A DNA stretch of 64,000 nucleotides, from the IMG/VR virus record IMGVR_UViG_3300007539_000017. One strand, given 5' to 3'. The first letter of the stretch is position 1. Each line of letters begins with the position of its first letter. The notes under the pieces were generated by a model. It saw only the letters and a program-made list of their open reading frames with translations, did not search any database and was not told where the DNA came from. The stretch comes from an uncultured virus (IMG/VR IMGVR_UViG_3300007539_000017) (lineage: Duplodnaviria; Heunggongvirae; Uroviricota; Caudoviricetes). Position numbers and translations under genes: made by a program. Of this stretch, positions 55,994-64,000 are shown one piece after another.

Positions 55994-58900
55994 ATGCCTC
56001 AATTTGATTTAGAAAACGCTGAAGTAAGTTCAAACTTTGTTGATAGATTAATACTTAATGAAGCTATCGTTCCTTTTGTATATTGGGATTTAAAAAATGC
56101 AGGTCAAACTGTTCTTAAAACTGGAGCAGCTCCTGACCCAAATATAAGTAAGTTTCAACAAAGTGGTACTGGAATGACTGGTGCTGGATATTGGTCCAAA
56201 TGCCCTCTTGACCCAAATAGACATGTTATGGACTTATTAAAAAACACTACTCCTACTTTTGGTATAGGAAATACATTAGATGCTTTTATAAAACCAGGTA
56301 CTACGTCACCATGGCCTAAGAATGCTGAGGGTCTTAAGTTTAGTAATGATAACCATAGATTAAATCTTTATGACGTTTTACATGACGAAGATAAAGGTAT
56401 AGCTGTAATAATAAATGGAACTTGGTACAACATATACTTTCCAATAGAACATGATTTATCATACGCTACTAATAGTACAGGCGGAGGCTGGATAGATACT
56501 AACCAAAGTGGTACAGATGATGATGGAGTTGGTAACACAGGTGTAGTACAAAACAATGAACCAATACCTATAAGATATACTGGAGATGGAAGTTCAGTAA
56601 CCAGAAGTGATGGGATAACTATAATAAAAGCTAGACCATCTTATGCTCTTTTAAAACAATTAGTAGCAACTCCTGTAACAGTCAAGTATGCTGTTGGAGT
56701 TAAAGAAGCTTTTTACAGATGGGATAAAACAGGTTCTGTATGGGTTAAAGAATTAGATTCCAATAATAACACCATATTAGAAGCTGATTGTTTTCCTTAT
56801 GACACAACAATAGCTCAAGAACATTTTGATATGATGGTTGATATAGCTTGGCATAAAGGAACTGGAGGTTTTAAACATTCATGGTTTGTACAAGTTTATA
56901 AATATGATGGTACAGAAGATACGTTAAGAGATGGTAGTCAGATAACTTCTGCTTCTGATTTGGAGGCATACAAGGATGCTGCTTATGCAATGGGATTTTT
57001 TGGTGTAGTTTATGACAAAAATACAAAAAAATATTATTTTAAACAATGGGCTGTAGATAGATACAGAAAACATATTCAAACTTTACTAAGAGGAAGTCAT
57101 TTTAGTGGAAACTTATCTACAATGACTCCTCAGTTTGGAGTTGACCCAAATCCAATTGCTGATTCTAGGAACTGGTATCAAGGACATGACATAAATAAAA
57201 ACTGGTTTTACGCACCTGATGCTTGGTATGGTGGATATTTTACTGCCCCAGGTGGTGTAAATGGCTGGAGTGTAAGAGGTGGTCAAGCAGCACAAGGTGG
57301 TGTTAGTAACCCATCTAATATTGCAGACTCGGCAATTAACCCAAATACTATTACTGAATCAGCAGATAATTCACCAATAACTATAGAAAATTTAATAGAA
57401 AATTTAGAAACCTTACCATTACCTTCTACAGACTTTTGGCAAGGTAAAAACTCTACAGGAGCAAATGTCGACTATTCAGATTATTATTCAGGAGCTCGTT
57501 CTATATTTGATTCAGATGCTGGAACTGTTGATTATTGGAGTACTGACCCAAACTTTCAAGCTTATTATTCTAAATATTGGCAAGATGGTTCATCATGGTT
57601 TCATGGAACTACTGCTTATTCAAAACCTAGAGCTAAAACTAAATGGGGTGCTGTATTAGCATCTACGCAACATAATTCACTTCCTTCTTTTATGATTGGA
57701 CTTAATGAAAATGGTCAAGGAACATCTAAAGTCTATATGAGGTCAGTAACGTCAACTAGTAAGGTTTTAAATGGTGTAGCTACTGATGATTGCTTTGACA
57801 TAGCTAATGGAAAATCTTTAGGAACAATTGACTATGGTCAATGGAATCACTTTGCTATTACAAGAGAAGGAAACAACTTTTACACATTTAAAAATGGAAC
57901 TATGGTAGATAGTTGGAGAAGCGACAAAACAATTAAAATACCACAACCTGATACAAAATTATGGTTATCTACTGGATTAAATTTATCAATTGGTTTATCA
58001 CAAAATGCAGACCACTTTTATGGATATTTAGATGGTTTAAGAATTACTAAAGGAACTGCTAAACATCAAACAGATACTAGCACAGGAATAGTAAGCTACA
58101 GTGTTCCAACTAGCGCACCAGAAACAGAAGATGCACAAACTAGTTATAGTGGAACTCATTATTTGGAAACAGTGTTAACTGCTTTAAATAGAATTGCAAC
58201 ACAACTAGATATTGAGTGGAAAGTAAGAATAGGTACAACAGCAGATGATACAGATAGGCCAATACCTTCAGGAACTAACGTTGGAAAAGTTTTATTAGAT
58301 ATTGGACCTAGAACAAGTCTTTTTGTTGGTCATGGTGTAAATGAATATGCAGAAACTATTGTTGTTAGGGGAACTTCTGGTGAAGACCCAACAATAACAG
58401 GTATAGACCCATCAAGTATTAAATCATCTTTTGATGCTAGAGAATATGTTTCTACAGTAGAGTATCTTGAAACAATAGGTGGACAAAACTTTGATACATT
58501 AGATGTTACCGATGATGCAATACCTTACCGCGACATAAACGGCAATTTACTTGAAAGAGTTGTTTATGCTTCAGAACCTCAACATCCACATATATCTAAA
58601 GAAGAAAGAGCTAGAGCTTTCTTAAAAGAACTTAAGAGAGTTAAAAGGTCAATAGATTTAGATTTGGATTATTACGATATTCAAGGTGATTTTGAAGTTG
58701 GAGATAATATATTTATTTATGACCCTGAGCTAGGTTTTGAAGATAATGAAGCTAAGAGAATTGAAGATGGAAGAACAGCTTTATTCGAAGTTGCTTTTCA
58801 AGGCGAATATATAAATCCAGAAAAAATAAGAGTTACCTCAATTACACATCCTATTAAATCAGGTATGGGTATTTATTTAAGAAGACTAAGAACCCCATCT

Positions 58901-60331
58901 TCTCAAGAAGTAGAATATATAGATTTGACACCATATGTACAATTTGAATCTGGTGGTGCAAGGCTTGAAGTTGGAGACCTTCCACTTAAATTAGGTGATG
59001 ACTTAAGATTTTCTCCTACAGTAACTGGTATTACAGCAGGTTCTAAAGTAACATTTCCTGGAAAAGTTAGAGACCCAGATAATACATCTACTAATGGTAT
59101 TAATTTGACATCTGGATTTATTCAAGATGCTTTAGGTGCTCAACAAGCAATAATAAAAATAGAATGGGTTGTACCTTTAAATGAGGACGGCTCAATAATA
59201 CAAAATGGTTCTCATTACAATATTAGATATAGAAAAACAGGAACTACTGACCCTTATACCGAAAGCGCAGTAACTTGGGGTCAAGAAACTTATACAATAG
59301 AAGGATTAGCTTTAGATACACAGTATGAAGTAGGGGTTCAACCAGTAAACTCTAATGGAGCAACAGGAGATTACGTAACTGATTACATAACAACTGCCGT
59401 AGATACAGTAGCTCCACTTAAACCAGACCAAGCCGTAACAATAGCTCCTGGTGCAACACGTGTGCAAATAATACACAATTTAGGAGCAGCAGAAGATATA
59501 AATAGAAATCCTGTTTCTAATGTTATTGATTTTACACTCCAAAATGATATTGACCATTTAAATGTTTATTACTCACAATCATCAGGTTTTTCTATATCTG
59601 GTATGACACCTAAAGGACAAATACCTGTAACTGCTTCACATTTAAGAAATGAAATACCTGCTATAGGTGAAGTACAAGTAGCTAATGGTGAAAATTATTA
59701 CTGGAGATTTACTGTAGTTGACAAAGCTGGAAATGAGTCAGACCCTTCTGAAGAACAAGAAGCTAGAGGTAATTTAGTAGAAACACAAAATATAGGAACC
59801 GCTGCTATTACTGAAGCTAAGATTGCTAATTTAGCAGTTACTACTGCAAAGATTGTAGATGCTGCTATAACTAATGCTAAGATTGATGACACTATTCAAT
59901 CTGATAATTACCAGCAAGGTGTACAAGGTTGGATAATACAAAAACAAAATGCTAATTATCCAAATGGATATGTGGAGTTTTCTGATGGTGTTTTTAGAGG
60001 TAGCCTTACAGCCGAAACTGGTTCTATTGGTGGATGGGATATATCTGAAGATACTTTATCTGCTGATTACACTACAGGCGGTACAACTTATTACCTAACT
60101 CTTGATGCTACTGCTGGTACAATAGAGGGTAACTATACTGCTGGTAGTTCAGGTTGGAAAATTGCTGCTGATGGTTCTGTAGAGTTTAATGATGGAAACT
60201 TCAGAGGAGATATAACTGGTGCTACTGGTACTTTTAGTGGAGGAATAAATATTGGAAATGGAACATTTGTTGTAAATTCTCAAGGTGGTGTAACCTTAAG
60301 TGCAATAACTGGATTCCATATAACACCTTAA
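55994..60331 (+). CDS. Multidomain tail protein (lysozyme-like N-terminus, LamG C-half, FN3-like, fibre repeats)
   Basis: NE....YWD / TFGIG / FDMMVDIAW.KG; WNHFAITR.G / GYLDGLRITKG; TIEGL.....YEVGV; AAITEAKI repeats. Confidence 0.75.
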   Translation: MPQFDLENAEVSSNFVDRLILNEAIVPFVYWDLKNAGQTVLKTGAAPDPNISKFQQSGTGMTGAGYWSKCPLDPNRHVMDLLKNTTPTFGIGNTLDAFIKPGTTSPWPKNAEGLKFSNDNHRLNLYDVLHDEDKGIAVIINGTWYNIYFPIEHDLSYATNSTGGGWIDTNQSGTDDDGVGNTGVVQNNEPIPIRYTGDGSSVTRSDGITIIKARPSYALLKQLVATPVTVKYAVGVKEAFYRWDKTGSVWVKELDSNNNTILEADCFPYDTTIAQEHFDMMVDIAWHKGTGGFKHSWFVQVYKYDGTEDTLRDGSQITSASDLEAYKDAAYAMGFFGVVYDKNTKKYYFKQWAVDRYRKHIQTLLRGSHFSGNLSTMTPQFGVDPNPIADSRNWYQGHDINKNWFYAPDAWYGGYFTAPGGVNGWSVRGGQAAQGGVSNPSNIADSAINPNTITESADNSPITIENLIENLETLPLPSTDFWQGKNSTGANVDYSDYYSGARSIFDSDAGTVDYWSTDPNFQAYYSKYWQDGSSWFHGTTAYSKPRAKTKWGAVLASTQHNSLPSFMIGLNENGQGTSKVYMRSVTSTSKVLNGVATDDCFDIANGKSLGTIDYGQWNHFAITREGNNFYTFKNGTMVDSWRSDKTIKIPQPDTKLWLSTGLNLSIGLSQNADHFYGYLDGLRITKGTAKHQTDTSTGIVSYSVPTSAPETEDAQTSYSGTHYLETVLTALNRIATQLDIEWKVRIGTTADDTDRPIPSGTNVGKVLLDIGPRTSLFVGHGVNEYAETIVVRGTSGEDPTITGIDPSSIKSSFDAREYVSTVEYLETIGGQNFDTLDVTDDAIPYRDINGNLLERVVYASEPQHPHISKEERARAFLKELKRVKRSIDLDLDYYDIQGDFEVGDNIFIYDPELGFEDNEAKRIEDGRTALFEVAFQGEYINPEKIRVTSITHPIKSGMGIYLRRLRTPSSQEVEYIDLTPYVQFESGGARLEVGDLPLKLGDDLRFSPTVTGITAGSKVTFPGKVRDPDNTSTNGINLTSGFIQDALGAQQAIIKIEWVVPLNEDGSIIQNGSHYNIRYRKTGTTDPYTESAVTWGQETYTIEGLALDTQYEVGVQPVNSNGATGDYVTDYITTAVDTVAPLKPDQAVTIAPGATRVQIIHNLGAAEDINRNPVSNVIDFTLQNDIDHLNVYYSQSSGFSISGMTPKGQIPVTASHLRNEIPAIGEVQVANGENYYWRFTVVDKAGNESDPSEEQEARGNLVETQNIGTAAITEAKIANLAVTTAKIVDAAITNAKIDDTIQSDNYQQGVQGWIIQKQNANYPNGYVEFSDGVFRGSLTAETGSIGGWDISEDTLSADYTTGGTTYYLTLDATAGTIEGNYTAGSSGWKIAADGSVEFNDGNFRGDITGATGTFSGGINIGNGTFVVNSQGGVTLSAITGFHITP

Positions 60332-60335
60332 AATT

Positions 60336-62198
60336 ATGGCTGATGGATTTCACATAGATGGTAGCGGAAACCTTTGGATAGGTTCTGCTTCTAATACATT
60401 TACAACTTCTGCACCATTCTATGTAGAAACTGATGGAACTATACATGCAGAGCAAGGAGATATTGGTGGACTTGATATTGGTGCAACTTATATACAATCT
60501 TCTAATTTTAGTGCTAATAATCAAGTAGGATACAGACTTCAATCAGATGGTGACGCAGTATTTTATGGTTCATTAATTGCTAATTCATTATCTGCTTCTG
60601 GTGCAAACATATCAGGAAATATAACTGCTACTGATGGAACTATTGGTGGAACACAAATAAATTCAAGCAACATTGAGTCAACTACTTTTGACGCTAATAC
60701 AGGTTATCAAATAGGGGCTAACTCTGCAACATTTCATGATGTAACTATTACAGGTACAATATCTGGTGCAAACATAGATGGAACTATAGATGGAGAAATA
60801 AGAACTGCTTCTGGAAATACTTATATTGAATTATCTAGTGATAGCGGAAGTACAATGTCGTATGTTAAAGGTGGTGGAACATTTGGAACATTACAAGATA
60901 ACGCTGGAAATTTTGCTTTACAAAGCGACATTTACGCAAGTGGTCTTACATTAAGCTCTGCTGTTGGACCAGTAAGATTAGTCCCTGCCGCAGGTTTATA
61001 TATTGGTGGAGATGTAGGAACTTCAAGTAAAGTATTAATAGGAGGTACTTCTCCTGGTTGGGGCAACGTTCCTGCTAACGCAGGTGTAACATCAGTAACC
61101 GCAGTTGGTAGTATTGTAGCAACTGGTAATTCTAACACTGGTGCTGTTATCATAACTGATAACCATGAAAGTCATAATAATTTAGCAAACTCTGGCCACA
61201 ACCATAATGCTACTAATACAAATAATCTTGCAGGCCTTGATGATAGTCATAATCATACTTCTACAAATGCAGCAGGTTCTTTTACAGGAATAGATTCTGC
61301 AAATGTTTTAGTTAATAGTACTACAAACAATAATGCTGGAGTTTATCACTCTCATACAACTGGTAACGTAACTTCTGTTCAAGTTCAAGGTAACATGTTA
61401 AGTCAAGGAAATAGTAATTCTGCAATATTGATTTATGATAACCATGGTACTGACCATCATTCATCTTCTGACCATACAGGAAATAACAATAATAACTTAG
61501 CAACAGTTGGATATGTAAACTCAAGAGGTTTTACAAGTAATAATGGTAACTCTAACTTAGGTACTCATGGTAATGAAAGTCATAATAATTTAGGTTTTGG
61601 AACTGGTAACTCAAATATAAGTTCTGCAGATGTAAACAGTCTTATAGATAATAATGTGAAAGTAAATACTGGATGGTCCCATGCTGGGTCAGTACATAAT
61701 AATGGTAATGGTAATGGTAATATGAATCAGACTAATCATTTTAATGGTAACATTTCTGTAACTACACATTATCACCCAAACCCTATTATTCACGATTCAA
61801 GATTATTAAATATTAATGCAAATACTGTTCCTGGTATAAATTTTGTAAATAGATTAAATCCAGTACAAACAAACTTTATAGGAAATGTAGAAACAAGGCT
61901 TACTAGTAAAGAAAATTTATCTGGATATATTACTGAACACTTAACAGCTACAGCTTTTACATTAACAGCACAAGATGTGAAACAAGCTCTGACTGATGAT
62001 GGATATACAGATAGTTTTGGTATGGTTTTAGATAATGTAGATTATTACACAGAGGAACATAGTTCAGATTTAGAAGAAGGAGAAACAGTAAAAGGTTTTT
62101 CTCAAGAACATATGGTTCCTATTTTAGTACAAGCAATAAAAGAATTATCTGCTAAGATAGAAACATTAGAAGATAGAATAACAACCTTGGAGGGTTAA
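60336..62198 (+). CDS. Tail fibre with C-terminal peptidase S74-like chaperone domain
   Basis: G/N/S/T-rich, HxH repeats, DSRL...LNPV...AQDV...LVQAIKEL coiled coil. Confidence 0.8.
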   Translation: MADGFHIDGSGNLWIGSASNTFTTSAPFYVETDGTIHAEQGDIGGLDIGATYIQSSNFSANNQVGYRLQSDGDAVFYGSLIANSLSASGANISGNITATDGTIGGTQINSSNIESTTFDANTGYQIGANSATFHDVTITGTISGANIDGTIDGEIRTASGNTYIELSSDSGSTMSYVKGGGTFGTLQDNAGNFALQSDIYASGLTLSSAVGPVRLVPAAGLYIGGDVGTSSKVLIGGTSPGWGNVPANAGVTSVTAVGSIVATGNSNTGAVIITDNHESHNNLANSGHNHNATNTNNLAGLDDSHNHTSTNAAGSFTGIDSANVLVNSTTNNNAGVYHSHTTGNVTSVQVQGNMLSQGNSNSAILIYDNHGTDHHSSSDHTGNNNNNLATVGYVNSRGFTSNNGNSNLGTHGNESHNNLGFGTGNSNISSADVNSLIDNNVKVNTGWSHAGSVHNNGNGNGNMNQTNHFNGNISVTTHYHPNPIIHDSRLLNINANTVPGINFVNRLNPVQTNFIGNVETRLTSKENLSGYITEHLTATAFTLTAQDVKQALTDDGYTDSFGMVLDNVDYYTEEHSSDLEEGETVKGFSQEHMVPILVQAIKELSAKIETLEDRITTLEG

Positions 62199-62405
62199 AT
62201 GGCTTACGAAGATTTTAAATTTTTTATACCTGAAGAAAAATCTATTGAAGAGCAACTAAATGATTTAAGAAGTGATATATTTTCTTTAGAAGTTTCTTAC
62301 TATAAATTAGGTACTAGTGAAGAAATGCAAAAAGATAGAGAAATAGTTGAATCTCAAATTATGGCAAAACGTCAAGAATACGAGGACTTAGGTGGGACAT
62401 ACTAA
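62199..62405 (+). CDS. Small helical protein
   Basis: Ends YEDLGGTY, compare YRSLGGSF in 63423-63698. Confidence 0.65.
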   Translation: MAYEDFKFFIPEEKSIEEQLNDLRSDIFSLEVSYYKLGTSEEMQKDREIVESQIMAKRQEYEDLGGTY

Positions 62406-62635
62406 TGCCAGATTTTTTATTCTATGACCCAGATGAAGCTGTAGATTGGGTTGAAAAAGCTCAAAATAAAAGATATGAAATAAGAGATTGTGAAATCATT
62501 ATTAATGAAGAAAGCTCAACATGGACAGAACAACAAGCAGCAGATTTTGATGTTATATATCAAAGAAAAATTTCTGAATACAATGAAATATGCCAAAATT
62601 TACCAGAAGACCATGAGTGGTATCAAGCTCCATAA
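62405..62635 (+). CDS. Hypothetical protein
   Basis: Coupled ORF. Confidence 0.65.
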   Translation: MPDFLFYDPDEAVDWVEKAQNKRYEIRDCEIIINEESSTWTEQQAADFDVIYQRKISEYNEICQNLPEDHEWYQAP

Positions 62636-62639
62636 ATAA

Positions 62640-63398
62640 ATGAAATTTAAACTAGGAGGCAATCAATATATAGAGTTTGCTACTGATGTAGCTGGACTTG
62701 AAGATATTGCTAGAGTAAAACCATCTAAATTCTTTATACCTCAATGGTTTAAAGATATGAAAGAAACTATCAACACTCCTGCTTCACCTGATGGTAGTGT
62801 TCCTGGAAGATTTGAAAGAAGTGGAGATACAGCAAAAAAATGGACAAGTGGAACTGTAAAAAGATGTCCAGCTATTGTAGATTTAATTAGCGAAGGTTTT
62901 ATAATACCAATGTGGTCTGATTTTCTTTTACAAAATGATGGCACAATATTGGAATGGGATAATAAAAATTTTCCATATGGTATTGAGTTTCATAATACAG
63001 CTCAAATATATAACTGGCCATTAAAGAAAAATGACTTTCCAGAAGGTGTTAAATTTACAAATCCTTGGAGAATATATACGCCACCAGGTTATTCAGTTAT
63101 GTTTACACAACCTACATACCAATTTGAAAAAAGATTTACAGTACTTCCTGGAATTGTAGAAACTGATTCATATCATCATATAAACTTTCCAACTATAATT
63201 CATACAAAAAAAGATATAATAATTGAAAGAGGTACCCCATTTATACAAGTTATTCCTTTTAAAAGAGATGATTGGAAATTTCAAGTAGGACAAATGACAG
63301 AAAAGCAAAAGTATCAAGACATAACACATAAAACACATTTAAGTTCAAAATTTAAGAATGCATACCGTTCAATTACCTCTAGTTTCAAAAACTCATAG
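62640..63398 (+). CDS. DUF6065-like / dUTPase-fold-like protein
   Basis: P.WFK, TVKRCP, G..IP.W.D, W.I.TP.GYS, PG.V.TD, GTP..QVIPFKR. Confidence 0.6.
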   Translation: MKFKLGGNQYIEFATDVAGLEDIARVKPSKFFIPQWFKDMKETINTPASPDGSVPGRFERSGDTAKKWTSGTVKRCPAIVDLISEGFIIPMWSDFLLQNDGTILEWDNKNFPYGIEFHNTAQIYNWPLKKNDFPEGVKFTNPWRIYTPPGYSVMFTQPTYQFEKRFTVLPGIVETDSYHHINFPTIIHTKKDIIIERGTPFIQVIPFKRDDWKFQVGQMTEKQKYQDITHKTHLSSKFKNAYRSITSSFKNS

Positions 63399-63422
63399 TA
63401 GAATCTCCATGAGGAGATAAGG

Positions 63423-63698
63423 ATGTCTGAAGATAATAATCAACCAGAACCTAAAAAAGATTATGAGATTGAATATAGGTTTGTTGACCATGAGTACAAA
63501 ATGCAGTTTATACTTAGTAGAATTGCTGAAGCTGAACAAATGCATTTCGAATTAATGGTAGATAGACTAGATGAAAATCACAGTGCTTATCCAGATTGGT
63601 ATGATGCTGTGAAACAAACCATTCAAGAAATAGATAGGCTAAAACATATCTATAGAAGTTTAGGAGGTTCTTTCGGTTCTGAATTTACTAGAGGATAG
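63423..63698 (+). CDS. Small helical protein (paralog of 29271-29477)
   Basis: YRF...K.......E..HF...W......IDRL. Confidence 0.65.
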   Translation: MSEDNNQPEPKKDYEIEYRFVDHEYKMQFILSRIAEAEQMHFELMVDRLDENHSAYPDWYDAVKQTIQEIDRLKHIYRSLGGSFGSEFTRG

Positions 63699-63702
63699 GT
63701 AA

Positions 63703-64000
63703 ATGGCAGAAGTAACCCATAGCTCTACGAGCTATATGAAAGGTTCAGCAGATGCTGACCATATATTAGACGGAAGTTACGGATATACAACAAGTCAAGC
63801 AGTAGTTAATGTTTCTGATTCGGAACATAATTTATACATAGATGGACAAACATTAGTTTCTGACGGTACATTTGTTATTGGTACTACAGATAGTAAATCT
63901 ATAATATTTGCAACAGATTCTACCGTTGCTGCACACATAAATACAGATGGAGCTTTTGATTTAAAATCAGGTAAGTTTTTATTAGATGGAACAACAGGAA
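63703..64000 (+). CDS. Partial ORF, probably tail fibre-like
   Basis: MAEVTHSSTS...; open to the window end; beta-rich. Confidence 0.55.
   Translation, partial: MAEVTHSSTSYMKGSADADHILDGSYGYTTSQAVVNVSDSEHNLYIDGQTLVSDGTFVIGTTDSKSIIFATDSTVAAHINTDGAFDLKSGKFLLDGTTG

Noticed and set aside
1939..62944. Many antisense or alternate-frame ORFs in the track (e.g. 1939-2403, 3848-4228, 14553-14927, 34504-35040, 49427-49804)
   Set aside because: They shadow well-supported genes and have Ser/Phe/Leu-rich antisense composition.
60336..64000. Diversity-generating retroelement acting on the Asn-rich fibre
   Set aside because: No reverse transcriptase and no TR/VR pair with A-specific mismatches are visible in the window.
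1..64000. Prophage boundaries, integrase or host genes
   Set aside because: No integrase, att site or housekeeping host gene was recognised; the whole window reads as phage.

Overview
AT-rich portion of a long-tailed (siphovirus-like, HK97-type head) phage genome. Two WhiB genes, an actinobacterial-type SSB and several apparently leaderless genes point to a low-GC actinobacterial host (inference). Layout: (i) 95-15,139 is a divergently transcribed replication/recombination/accessory block with a DEDDh exonuclease, GGCT, Rad52/Sak-like annealing protein, a replication initiator with internal iterons, resolvase-like nucleases, an SLT, DUF932, SSB and a ParB-N protein. This block is bracketed by a perfect inverted repeat (1-94 vs 15,140-15,233) that runs off the window. 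(ii) About 15.7-24.9 kb is an all-minus-strand block with two glutamine-synthetase-fold amidoligases flanking a class II glutamine amidotransferase, an acidic small protein and a PD-(D/E)XK nuclease. (iii) 25.0-64.0 kb holds packaging, head and tail genes plus morons (WhiB, AIPR-like, GT60-like GlcNAc transferase). The most unusual signals are non-coding: a 77-nt RNA shaped like the tRNA-like domain of tmRNA with no tag frame, several small RNAs exposing anti-Shine-Dalgarno motifs, a ~290-nt structured RNA behind a consensus promoter, and NrdR-box-like operators inside promoter spacers. All protein calls come from motif recognition by eye; no database searches or folding programs were run.
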